Below are positions 28,353 to 37,660 of a stretch of DNA of 64,000 nucleotides, in pieces. Position 1 is the first letter of the stretch. The number at the start of each line of letters is the position of its first letter. Source of the stretch: Candidatus Eremiobacteria bacterium (GTDB lineage: Bacteria > Vulcanimicrobiota > Vulcanimicrobiia > Vulcanimicrobiales > Vulcanimicrobiaceae); assembly GCA_963758295.1 (NCBI GenBank), contig CAVWUU010000004.1, positions 1,280,001 to 1,344,000 on the forward strand, read 5' to 3'. A program made the translations under genes and the position numbers. The notes beneath the pieces were generated by a model that ran no database searches, was not told the DNA's origin, and was given only the letters and a program-made list of their open reading frames with translations.

Positions 28353-29693
28353 ATGGACTCACATGGCAGCCTTTCCGGCGTGGTCGAGGCGTCGTTCGGG
28401 CGATTTACGTTCGACATGAAGCAGCGCAGGCTCTTATATGCCGGCCGGCATGTTGCGTTGCGGCCGAAAGAATCGGAATTGCTTGCCGTTCTGTGTGAAC
28501 GCCGGCCGGGAGTCGTCTCACGCGAGCACATGCTGCGAGCCCTTTGGGGAACCGTTGGCAACGAAGCAGCGCTGAATCAAACCATTTACCGGCTTCGCCT
28601 GGCCTTAGCGAAGCATGATGACGTCGACTTCCTTGAAACGGTACCAAAACGCGGATTGCGCCTTACTGGTCCGCCACCGGTTCAACGCAAGGCATCCCCT
28701 GATGCGCTTCACCCCTCGTTTTTGCTATTTCAGAAGGCCGTCGCGCTGTACAGGCAGCGGCACGAGCACGCGGTGTTGGGCGCAATCGACATTCTCGAGC
28801 GCGTTTGTGCGCAAGATCCGGACTACGTGCCGGCGCTCGAAACGCTCGCGAGCGCTTACTGCATCGCCGGAACGCGCCTCTTCTTCTCGCCGGACCAAGC
28901 GTATCAGCGCGCACGCACCTTAGTGGAGCGCGCCATAACGCTCAACCCGTCGTCATCGCGAGCGCATGCAACGCTCGCGACGCTCTTACTGTTCTACAAT
29001 GTCGATCGCGCATTCGTACGTGACGCAACCGAAACGGCGCTTCTCCTTGGTTCGACGTGCTCCGCGGCTCGCTCCGCGGCCGTCTGGGAAGCTATCTCAC
29101 GGCACGATTTTCCGGCAGCACTCGGTCATGCCGATATTGCGGTCATGCACGAACCCGCATCGCCGTTCTCCACCACGATGTTGGGAATCGCTTTATATTT
29201 TGCGGAGCGACAGACGGAGGCGCACCAAGCCTTCGACATGGCGTGCTCGCTCGATCCGGGAAATGCTATAGCGCTTTTCTATAACGCCTGCAGTTACGCC
29301 GTTGAAGCGGAATACGGCAAAGCGCAAGAGACGCTATCGTGTATTGAGGGACGTGACATGGCGAACCGGGTTGTCGCCATGAATGGCTATCTCTCTGCCA
29401 AGCTCGGAGATTCAACGGGCGTCAGACGCGCGATGGCAGCGCTCCGATGCGCCGCCATCCCATCACACGTATCCCAATGCGCCGTTGAAATCGCCATGGG
29501 CTATTACGCGCGGGCAGCCGCAACGCTGGGAGTCGCTTTGAGAACGGGAGAACCGGGACTCTTCCTTGCCGCAGCGGATCCTCTCTACCAGCCTCTTAAG
29601 AGCCGTTTCCCTGATTTAATGTTCTCGATCGAGCGAGGACAACCGGGACAATCGGATGGATATAGCGCGGAAGTTGCTGAGCGACGCTTGTGA
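28353..29693 (+). CDS. Winged-helix (OmpR/CadC-type) DNA-binding plus TPR regulator
   Basis: FGRFTFD...L.PKE.ELL..L, LNQTIYRLRLAL, ETVPKRG; TPR motifs DPDYVPA, AITLNPSS, SLDPGNA. Confidence 0.85.
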   Translation: MDSHGSLSGVVEASFGRFTFDMKQRRLLYAGRHVALRPKESELLAVLCERRPGVVSREHMLRALWGTVGNEAALNQTIYRLRLALAKHDDVDFLETVPKRGLRLTGPPPVQRKASPDALHPSFLLFQKAVALYRQRHEHAVLGAIDILERVCAQDPDYVPALETLASAYCIAGTRLFFSPDQAYQRARTLVERAITLNPSSSRAHATLATLLLFYNVDRAFVRDATETALLLGSTCSAARSAAVWEAISRHDFPAALGHADIAVMHEPASPFSTTMLGIALYFAERQTEAHQAFDMACSLDPGNAIALFYNACSYAVEAEYGKAQETLSCIEGRDMANRVVAMNGYLSAKLGDSTGVRRAMAALRCAAIPSHVSQCAVEIAMGYYARAAATLGVALRTGEPGLFLAAADPLYQPLKSRFPDLMFSIERGQPGQSDGYSAEVAERRL

Positions 29694-29784
29694 GTTATAA
29701 CGCGAGGTAACACGGCGCCCACGCAGCAGCGGTGGATTTTCGTGCTTTCGTCACGCGCGCGCAATCGAATCGTTTGCAAGTATT

Positions 29785-30132
29785 GTGGACGGACGTATTT
29801 CGTTGATTGTGTATCCCACGAAAGACCTGCAAAAGGCGAAGATGTTGTACACTCGCGTACTCGGCGTTGAACCATATGCCGACCAACCTTATTACGTGGG
29901 TTATAGGCTTGGCGACATGGAGATTGGGTTAGACCCTAATGCCCAGACTAAGGGTGTCTGGGGACCGGTCAGCTACGTGAGCGTTAAAGATATCAGCGCG
30001 GCAGCCACGGCTGCCGTGGACGCCGGAGCAAGCATCGTGCAGGGCATCACCGATCTTGGTTACGGAAAGCAGATTGCCATCTTACAAGATGACGACGGCA
30101 ATCTGATCGGATTGCTTGAGGCTACGCAATAA
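29785..30132 (+). CDS. VOC/glyoxalase family protein
   Basis: YPTKDLQKAK, PYADQPYYVG, EIGLDP, D.DGNLIGL. Confidence 0.85.
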   Translation: MDGRISLIVYPTKDLQKAKMLYTRVLGVEPYADQPYYVGYRLGDMEIGLDPNAQTKGVWGPVSYVSVKDISAAATAAVDAGASIVQGITDLGYGKQIAILQDDDGNLIGLLEATQ

Positions 30133-30153
30133 GGCTTCGGCAGCCCAGGGCCC

Positions 30154-30525
30154 TTAAATCCATTCAGGAGCCGCCGTTCTTTCGCCGCCTGATGCGCCGG
30201 TATTAACGGTGGACTTTGGTTCCAGCAGCAAAATCTTCGTGTCCGCCAACGCGACCGGCTTATGTTCCACGCCGTGCGGGACAATAAGAAACTCATTTGG
30301 GCCAAAGCGCTCAATGCAGTCCACGCCGCCATGCCGATAATGCATCGTGATTTCGCCTTCGATCACGAGAAATAATTCGTCTTCCGATTCATGGCGGTGC
30401 CACACAAATTCGCCGTCCAGCTTGACAAGCTTCACGTGGAAGTCGTTTAGTTCGCCGACAATCTTTGGGCTCCACGTATCAGCAAAGGCGCCGAATTTCT
30501 CATGTAAATTGACCTTCGAGAGCAT
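30154..30525 (-). CDS. Cupin domain protein
   Basis: WSPKIVGELN, GEFVWHRH..EDELF, VPHGVEHKP. Confidence 0.9.
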   Translation of the reverse strand: MLSKVNLHEKFGAFADTWSPKIVGELNDFHVKLVKLDGEFVWHRHESEDELFLVIEGEITMHYRHGGVDCIERFGPNEFLIVPHGVEHKPVALADTKILLLEPKSTVNTGASGGERTAAPEWI

Positions 30526-30616
30526 CCTCTATCTCCAATGTTCGGGCTACTTCAAAGATGGCCCAACGGCCACCTGAGGGTAACGCAGAAACGATTCACG
30601 TGCACGTGAAGTATTT

Positions 30617-31351
30617 ATGCCCGATAATACCACTATGGAATATGCATGGATCGTTTTTAATGACAGCGAGGTAGAGGAAGTCCTCCAGCACCCGGACCTC
30701 CATGTACGCCCGCCTGACGAACGCATTCCGTTAGCGATGCAAGGGACGGTGCTGGCAGACATCTTCGAGCGCCTCGTGCGTATGAACGAAGGCGAGCGGC
30801 ATAGCGCCTTGCGCCGAAGCGTCGACGGAATCATCGGAAACTGGAATGTCGAGAGTCTAATCGCTGTCGCCCACAATGCGATGAACGAAGTCGATGCCCG
30901 AGATGTGGCAGCTTACGTCGTTGCGGTGATGATTGGTTTGGACAAGCCGGCGGCGGCAATGCCGTTGATTCGAGATTTCGCCGGCGCAATTGCCGGCGGG
31001 GCTTCCGACGACGCGATTGCGCGAGGCGTAGCCGCCGCGCCTGAGCTCCTTGAACGGCTTCCGCCTCACGGTAACGCGGACGAGCGGGCAAATTTGCTGG
31101 GCTTCTTATTCCAGACCTACGCCGCGACCGGAACCATGATCGAGAATCGTTTGCAGGCGCGAGAAGCCCCGCCCGTCACTATGACAAGGCGCTGGGCAGA
31201 CCGAGACCTCGAACTATTCGGTGCGAACATCCGGCGTGGCGACCAGCTCACAATCCTCTTATCGTCGCCCAAATTCTATTTCGGAGCGGGTCGCCATGGG
31301 TGTCCGGGCCGGCACATCGCCGATATAATCGTGAATGCCGTCACCACTTAG
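30617..31351 (+). CDS. Shortened cytochrome P450-like protein (244 aa)
   Basis: Heme-ligand motif FGAGRHGCPG; RMNEGERH..LR; ANLLGFLFQTYAAT I-helix; PPV..TRR. Confidence 0.7.
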   Translation: MPDNTTMEYAWIVFNDSEVEEVLQHPDLHVRPPDERIPLAMQGTVLADIFERLVRMNEGERHSALRRSVDGIIGNWNVESLIAVAHNAMNEVDARDVAAYVVAVMIGLDKPAAAMPLIRDFAGAIAGGASDDAIARGVAAAPELLERLPPHGNADERANLLGFLFQTYAATGTMIENRLQAREAPPVTMTRRWADRDLELFGANIRRGDQLTILLSSPKFYFGAGRHGCPGRHIADIIVNAVTT

Positions 31352-31354
31352 CCG

Positions 31355-31555
31355 TTATGCGTGTGCCAAGACGGCGCCGCGCATTTTCTTCCATTCAAAA
31401 TAGGAAACGGACATGCTCACCAGCATGATCAGCGGGAACGATGCCTGCGCTCCGTCGCCTGACGAATCATGCCAATACGTTGCCCCGAGAGGCACTACAA
31501 GCAGGAGCGAAAATATCCAATAGGTCGTTTTATTTCCGGCAACTCCGCGCGTCAC
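31355..31555 (-). CDS. Small two-TM hypothetical protein
   Basis: 66-aa ORF with two hydrophobic segments. Confidence 0.4.
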   Translation of the reverse strand: MTRGVAGNKTTYWIFSLLLVVPLGATYWHDSSGDGAQASFPLIMLVSMSVSYFEWKKMRGAVLAHA

Positions 31556-31665
31556 GAGAACTCCTCATACAGCCTCTTTACGGAGAAAGTGTGACAGCAC
31601 GTCGAAATTCATTTACGTTAAGGACCATGGCGATGTCCGTGGCGTTCTAGGGGGTTGAATTGTAA

Positions 31666-31850
31666 ATGCAAGACGAGTCGGCCAAACCGGCAGTGCTCAC
31701 CTTAAATCCGGTATTTCAGACGGTGGACTGGTCAACCGTCGAAGAAGAGCGACACGGCGGCCTAGGCGGCGTGGCTTACTGGCGCATTCGCATGTTTAAT
31801 GGCGTGCGCATTCGGATGGTGCGATACACTGCCGGTATCTTATCAGCCGC
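31666..31850 (+). pseudogene. 5' part of a DHCW-motif cupin gene, broken by a C-rich low-complexity tract
   Basis: FQTVDWSTV...H.G..GVAYWR......IRMVRY..G, then similarity is lost before the expected DHWC. Confidence 0.6.
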
Positions 31851-31853
31851 TTT

Positions 31854-31940
31854 CCCTCCTCCTCCCCCCATTGAAGCATCAGCCATTCGAGCGCGAAAAC
31901 CTCCTCCCCGCCCCCCCCACCCCCCCCCCCCCCCCCCCCA
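31854..31940. repeat. Poly-C low-complexity tract (probable artefact)
   Basis: C-rich stretch ending in an uninterrupted run of about 20 C. Confidence 0.8.
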
Positions 31941-31996
31941 CCGGCCATTCCAAGCTGTTGACAGGTGGCCGCCCGAGTTTGAAAAATCTAGCATCG

Positions 31997-33259
31997 TCAG
32001 GCTTTCGGGGTTCTTCCGGCCGCGATGTGAATTCGATTTCCGCCGGCACGCTTGGCGAGATAGCACGCTTGATCCGCGCGCGCGATAGTGGCCACCATGC
32101 TCGCGCTTACTACGCTTACCCCGAAACTTGCACCGACGCGTATTCCGGCGTTCTTCATGGCGGCCAAAAGCGAGCTCAATAAATGCTCCGCCGTACGCTG
32201 AGCATTTTCAAGGCTGCTTTGAACGAGCAGCACCGCAAATTCGTCGCCGCCCCACCTTGCAGCCACGTCTTCTTCGCGTGAGTTACGGCGCAACGTCGTC
32301 CCAGTGAGTTTCAGAACGCGATCGCCGGCCGCATGGCCGAACGCATCGTTAATGGCTTTGAATCCGTCTAGGTCGATGAAGATTAGGGCAGCATTCGGTG
32401 AACGTTCGGCCGCCGCACAAGCCTGGGACAGGCGGCTTTCCAAAAACCGGCGATTGCGCAAGCCTGTTAGACTGTCGTGATCGGCGTTATATTGCAGATC
32501 GGCTTCCCGTCGCTTCCGCAGCGTGACGTCGCGGTATATGACCACGGTATAGAGTGACTGCTGATCCGGCTGCATCAACAGCGGGCGCGAATTCGCTTCG
32601 AACTCGAAGACGGACCCGTTCTTGGCTCGTAGATGAATCTCTTCGTACATCGGCTGTCCGGCCTTTAGCCGCGTGCGCAAGCGCTCCAGTCGCTCGCGAT
32701 CCATGCTTTCCGCCATAATACGGTCGCTCGTCTTCCCAAGCAAATCTTCGCTGGCATAGCCCAAGACGGCATTAAACGCTTTGTTAACGAAACTGAAACG
32801 CCAAGAGTCGTCCTGTAATTCGAAAATCGCTATAGGATCGCGAGCTTGATCGATCGCGGACGTCATTAGGGCGACTTGCTCGTGAAGGGCGCGCGTTTCC
32901 GTTACGTCGCGACAAATCACGATCCAGCGCTCCGGGGCGCCGCTTTCGCGTGGAACCGGACCAAAACTGATTTCAAGCCACACGACGCCGCCGTCGCTGC
33001 GATGATGCTGGCGGCTCACGCGAAACGCTTCGCCGGATGCAAGCGCCTCGCGCGTCCTAAGGAGATCGTTGTCGTCGGGGCGATCGCTAAATACGTCCAC
33101 CGCTCGCTTGCCGACCACATCTTCCCGCGCTAATTGGTACAGATTCAGGAACGCAGAGTTGCAGTAGCGGATCACGCGCTCATCAGGAGCGCCGACATCC
33201 ATCTCCACGAGGAAAATGGCGTCGGGAGACGCTTCGCAGGCTTCTTCGAAGGTGATCAA
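31997..33259 (-). CDS. PAS-PAS-GGDEF diguanylate cyclase
   Basis: Two PAS/PAC domains; HDSLTGLRNRR, IDLDGFKAINDAFGH, RWGGDEF. Confidence 0.93.
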   Translation of the reverse strand: MITFEEACEASPDAIFLVEMDVGAPDERVIRYCNSAFLNLYQLAREDVVGKRAVDVFSDRPDDNDLLRTREALASGEAFRVSRQHHRSDGGVVWLEISFGPVPRESGAPERWIVICRDVTETRALHEQVALMTSAIDQARDPIAIFELQDDSWRFSFVNKAFNAVLGYASEDLLGKTSDRIMAESMDRERLERLRTRLKAGQPMYEEIHLRAKNGSVFEFEANSRPLLMQPDQQSLYTVVIYRDVTLRKRREADLQYNADHDSLTGLRNRRFLESRLSQACAAAERSPNAALIFIDLDGFKAINDAFGHAAGDRVLKLTGTTLRRNSREEDVAARWGGDEFAVLLVQSSLENAQRTAEHLLSSLLAAMKNAGIRVGASFGVSVVSASMVATIARADQACYLAKRAGGNRIHIAAGRTPKA

Positions 33260-33522
33260 ACGTTAGCGCCAGCCTCTACACCGCAGCCCGGCTGCTAAAA
33301 AGCCGCCGTCGCGCCCGCCCCCGTAGGAATCGATACGCCGCCATACCGGGTCGGCTCCTCGCACTATGGGCCAAAATAACGCATGCCGGAAGAAACGCGC
33401 GCCTGGAGCCGGCCAATACCCGGAGGTTCGTCGTTAGCGTTCGTCCCGAACCCGGTTGCGTTGCCGTCATGATGCGCCTCCCCCGCCGTCACAAGGCTGC
33501 GGATAACGAGGTTGTAAGCCAT

Positions 33523-34041
33523 ATGCGAATTCTGACTGTATGCCCGGCGCTTGCGGCGGCATGGGCATTGCTAGTGTTTGCCCCGGCGGCCCAGGCTGCT
33601 CCGGCGCACATTGCTCCAGCATGCGCGAGCAAACATCACCGTGAGTTCGATTACTTCATTGGTAACTACAACGTGTTCGATGCATCCGGTAAACAAATCG
33701 GCACTGATGAAGTTACCGCCGAGATGAACGGATGTGCGTTGCTGGAGCGCTGGCATGGCCGCAGAGTCGAAGGCAGAGGCTATTCAGCTTACGATGACAG
33801 CCGGCGGCAATGGGTTCAAACGTTCTTTCAGAACGACGGAACGGTTTTGATTTTCCGCGGCAACATGACGCCGCAGGGCATTCTCCTTTCAGGCACCGAC
33901 TACGCGAAACCAGGGGTACTGGAAAATAATCGGGTCCTATTTCGCCCGCGCTCCGATGGATTTGAGGAATATTGGACCACATCGACCGATGGGGGACACA
34001 CTTGGCGCGCCGTTTTCGACGGGTTCTTCCGGCGTCGCTAG
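33523..34041 (+). CDS. Secreted DUF1579-related protein
   Basis: Signal peptide; C...HREFDYFIG, GCALLERW, STDGGHTW..VFDG. Confidence 0.65.
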   Translation: MRILTVCPALAAAWALLVFAPAAQAAPAHIAPACASKHHREFDYFIGNYNVFDASGKQIGTDEVTAEMNGCALLERWHGRRVEGRGYSAYDDSRRQWVQTFFQNDGTVLIFRGNMTPQGILLSGTDYAKPGVLENNRVLFRPRSDGFEEYWTTSTDGGHTWRAVFDGFFRRR

Positions 34042-34345
34042 ACGCTCGAATGATCGGCGAACAGGCCACGCCAATGTCGTCGCTTACATCGGTGCATGAA
34101 GATGGCGCACGCAAGCGCCATGACGGTAGAGCGCGGCGTTCCAGCGGTCCGCCATCGCTGCGAAAATATCGCGTTGCGTCACGGCCGAGGCCATAGTACG
34201 ACCACGCGTCAGCATCGTAAAACGGCAGCCAGCGCTTGAAGGTGCCAACCGGCGGCCGGTTGCACAGCGACCTCTTCGAAAAAGACGTCGCTGCCATCGA
34301 CCGTCGACGCGCCGCCGCATGAACTGTCCATTTCTTGCTGAAACG

Positions 34346-34594
34346 CTAATTGGCCGTATGTATTACGGGCTGCCTTCGCCTTGCGTCGGCGTCAAGGTCC
34401 GGGCCGCGACGATTATCGGCCGGCATTGCAATTGATGCGCCCCCAGACAGTTTTGGCGGATATGGCGTTTTCGGAACGGGTGCTCCGGCCAACCCGTCAT
34501 CGTCATCGTCGGTAACACGCGACGGCCTACGCGGACCCTCGCGAGTGCGCCATGACGGTAAGAGCGTAGGGTCCTTTTTTCGTCGCCGGCTCAT
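34346..34594 (-). CDS. Small hypothetical protein
   Basis: 82-aa ORF with DDDDDGLAGAPVPK.P.PP low-complexity motif. Confidence 0.45.
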   Translation of the reverse strand: MSRRRKKDPTLLPSWRTREGPRRPSRVTDDDDDGLAGAPVPKTPYPPKLSGGASIAMPADNRRGPDLDADARRRQPVIHTAN

Positions 34595-34769
34595 GCAGCT
34601 CGACTATAGCAGCTTGCGGCCGCGGACGTGCGCTGAATTTGATTCGAAAATTAAGTAATTTTTCAAGGCACACGAGCGACCTCCGGCCGACGAGTCGGCC
34701 ATGCGCCTCAGCATGTTGCCGAAGCGAAGCTTGGGACGTCCGGACGGGGCGTGTATTTTAGGAGCTTCA

Positions 34770-34798
34770 TTGACAACGGTTCGGAAGTCGGGTAAGGT
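34770..34798 (+). promoter_or_regulatory. Sigma70-like promoter for the ABC operon
   Basis: TTGACA-N17-TAAGGT; GGAGG at 34835 before GTG at 34845. Confidence 0.6.
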
Positions 34799-34844
34799 TC
34801 AGATAAGTCTGAATTATAGACTCGTCTATGCCGCGGAGGCTCCA

Positions 34845-35735
34845 GTGAATTTGTCCGAAGCTCTAAGGCCCATGGCGCTCAATCTTCGAGGCGATACGCT
34901 CGACGAGCTGAGCATCGTTTTTGACGACGTCTACAAATGCTATGGCGAGACGGAAGCGTTGAAGGGCGTCTCGTTTTCCGTTAGACGAGGCGAATGCGTC
35001 GCGCTCTTAGGGCCCAACGGCGCTGGAAAGACGACGGCGCTTGAAATTCTTCTCGGGCTTCGGCGCGCGGACCGTGGCAGTGCGGGCATGCGAGGCACGA
35101 TCGCGTGCACTCCCCAGGCCACCGGTTTCCCGGACGCGTTACGCGTGGGCGAACTGGTCGCGTTCGCGGTCGCGCACTATCCCAGCGCGTTCTCACCTGA
35201 CGCGATCCTTGAAGCGTTCGACCTAAAAAGCGTCGCACGCTCGCGCGTCGGCACGCTTTCGGGCGGCGTTCAGCGCCGGGTCGCCCTCGCGCTTGCGTGC
35301 GGCATGAACGCCGATGTCGTCGTTCTCGACGAGCCAACGACAGGTCTCGATGCGGAATCGCGACGCCGGCTATGGTCGCAGCTAAATGCCGGCATCGCGA
35401 ATCGCACAACTTTGTTTACGACGCACTATATGGAAGAGGCCGAAGCACTTGCAACGCGCATCATCCTGATCGATAGGGGGCGGGTTCTCTTCGATGGCAC
35501 ACCGGCCGCGTTTCGCGAGCGCTTCGGACGCCGGCACATTCAATACACGGGCGATCCCATTGCACTGCCGGACGCATCAGTCGTGCACGCCGGACCGCGT
35601 ACAATCGTAGCGACGGATGACACCGACGCCTACATCCGCGCACTCGTAACCTCAAACGTGCCGTTCTCAGACCTTTGTATCACGCAATCATCGTTTGAAG
35701 AAATCTTCCTTCAACTCACGGAAGCAGGTAAATAA
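34845..35735 (+). CDS. ABC exporter ATP-binding subunit
   Basis: GPNGAGKT, LSGG, LDEPT, TTH; start uncertain. Confidence 0.92.
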   Translation: MNLSEALRPMALNLRGDTLDELSIVFDDVYKCYGETEALKGVSFSVRRGECVALLGPNGAGKTTALEILLGLRRADRGSAGMRGTIACTPQATGFPDALRVGELVAFAVAHYPSAFSPDAILEAFDLKSVARSRVGTLSGGVQRRVALALACGMNADVVVLDEPTTGLDAESRRRLWSQLNAGIANRTTLFTTHYMEEAEALATRIILIDRGRVLFDGTPAAFRERFGRRHIQYTGDPIALPDASVVHAGPRTIVATDDTDAYIRALVTSNVPFSDLCITQSSFEEIFLQLTEAGK

Positions 35736-36472
35736 TGCGTTTGTTATCGGCGCACGTCGCTGCCCTTTTGCGTGATCTGATGCGCACGCCGTCGTTTCTT
35801 ATTCCTACCGTAATATTTCCGGCGATGTTTTACACCATATTCGGCGTACCATATGCGCGCGTCGGAGCTGACGCAGCGAATCAAACGCTTGCGTCGTTCA
35901 TGGGCTTTGCAGTTGTAGGCGTTGCGCTATTTCAATTTGGCGTCGGCATTGCCGCCGAGCGAGGGCGCCCCTGGGAACGCTACCTTCGCACGCTTCCTGT
36001 TTCCGTGGAGACGCGCTTCGCTGCGCGAATCATCGTCGCCGTAGTGATTGCAACAATGGCGTCTTTTCTCGTCGCCGCCATCGGAAAGGCGTTCACTCCC
36101 ATTGCCCTCGATGCCACGCAGTGGGCGACGTTGGCGCTCTATGCGATTGCGGGCGCAGTGCCGTTCGTGATGGCCGGGATCGCGATCGCGTATCTGGTTC
36201 CGCCACGCGGCGCGCTCCCGGTTACGAACATTATTTATCTGCTCTGCTCGTTTGCGGGCGGATTCTGGATTCCGCCAAAGTATCTGCCCGCCATCGCGGC
36301 TGCGATTTCACCGTACCTCCCTACGCGCCAATACGGTGAGCTGCTGTGGAGCGTCGCCGGCACAGGACATAATGCCGCGCATGCAGTGGTTGCCCTCGCG
36401 TCCTTTTCGTTGATCTTCTCTATCGTCGCCCTCATCGGCTATCGCCGCGACGAGCGTACGCGATATGCGTGA
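35735..36472 (+). CDS. ABC-2 type permease
   Basis: Six TM helices; FGVGIAAER..W..YLRTLP; TAATG overlap with the ATPase. Confidence 0.88.
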   Translation: MRLLSAHVAALLRDLMRTPSFLIPTVIFPAMFYTIFGVPYARVGADAANQTLASFMGFAVVGVALFQFGVGIAAERGRPWERYLRTLPVSVETRFAARIIVAVVIATMASFLVAAIGKAFTPIALDATQWATLALYAIAGAVPFVMAGIAIAYLVPPRGALPVTNIIYLLCSFAGGFWIPPKYLPAIAAAISPYLPTRQYGELLWSVAGTGHNAAHAVVALASFSLIFSIVALIGYRRDERTRYA

Positions 36473-36533
36473 GAAGCGCGAAGCATACGTCGGCCTCGCA
36501 AAAGACGTATACTGCAAGCTCAAGGCGGGGCTC

Positions 36534-37261
36534 TCAGCGGGAGTCGAGCGCCTTTTGCAATGCGCGGCGATACCTTCGGCTTACGCGGTGCGTCGTGCCG
36601 TCCCGCAATCGAACGTCGTACTCGCCGCTTTCGTTTAGGACAAGGGCGTAACGCGCTCCAGATTGACAATGCTTGAACGGTGAATGCGGGTGAAGGCCGC
36701 GTTCCGAAGGTCTCGCTCTAGGTCGGTCATGCTTCGACGGATTAGGTGCGACGTACCGCTCACATGCAGTCGTGAATAGTAGTTCTCAGCTTCGATCCAA
36801 TCGATCTCGGCGACCTTCACGAATGAGACGCCACCAATGCTTCGCACCGCCAGCCGCTGCGTCGCTCGTACAGCGAGACGATGCGCAGCTATATATTCTT
36901 TTGCGCGATCGAGCACGCGCGCAAAACGTTCGCTATTGAAGGGCTTTAGCAAATAGCCAAAGGCGCCGACCTCAAAAGCCTGAATCGCATACTGATCGTA
37001 AGCGGTCACAAAAACAATTGCCGGCGGTACGGCCGTGCCCAACATTTCCAAGACTTCGAAACCGTCGCACTCCGGCATCTCTACGTCAAGGAAAACGAGC
37101 TCGGGACGCAAGCGCCGGATCGCCTCGACGCTTTCGGCACCCGAGATGCACTCACCGACGAGCTGGATCATTCCATCACGGCATAGTTCGGCAATGACGC
37201 TTCTGCGCGCGAGCGGTTCATCGTCGACGACAAGCGTGCTAATGAGAGGGCCGCAGTTCAC
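36534..37261 (-). pseudogene. LytTR family response regulator with a frameshift near 36645
   Basis: VVDDEPLAR, FLDVEMP, FVTAYD, RIHRS; tail ALVLNESGEYDVRLRDGTTHRVSRRY lies in another frame. Confidence 0.85.
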
Positions 37262-37657
37262 GCGCGCGCCGGGCTGCCGCCCCCAAATGCGCGCAGCGGA
37301 ATGCTAATTGAGGCTTCTACGCCCCCGTCGATTGCCAATAGCGAACGCAGAAGCGGCACCGTAGAGAGTGTGCAGCCGATTACGGACATTGGCAATACCG
37401 ATGCTACGTCCGTGCACGTTCCAATCGTCGGACAGGCTCGGCCCGTCGTTACTTGCGGAGATATCGAGGGTGTTTCCGGCGGCCGCGGCGACAACGCGCA
37501 CTACGCCGCCCTCTTTGCGCTTAGCGATCCCGTGCTTGACTGCGTTTTCGACCAGTGGTTACAGGATCAGGTTCGGCACGGCGGCGTCCCGGAGATCGGT
37601 TGGAAGATCGATGTCGAGAAACAATCGATCATGAAACCGAGCCTGCTGAATCCGCAG
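37258..37657 (-). pseudogene. C-terminal fragment of a LytS-type histidine kinase
   Basis: LRIQQARFHDRL...VPNLIL*PLVENAVKHG (TAA where Gln is expected), NDG, IGIANVRNRL..LYG; indels near 37500 and 37310; no N-terminus. Confidence 0.8.
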
Positions 37658-37660
37658 TGC

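Noticed and set aside
31900..31940. G-quadruplex, phase-variation tract or real poly-Pro protein (ORF 31666-32088)
   Set aside because: It interrupts a recognisable cupin gene and looks like a low-quality read tail
34050..34320. Short ORFs between the DUF1579-related gene and the 82-aa ORF
   Set aside because: Several competing frames, none with recognisable motifs or a clear RBS
37557..37562. TAA in LIL*PLVENA as stop-codon recoding
   Set aside because: TAA ends many normal genes here; it is a single C-to-T change among nearby indels in a truncated gene
1..37660. Left half as a prophage or integrative element
   Set aside because: No integrase, transposase, phage or conjugation genes and no att-like repeats were seen
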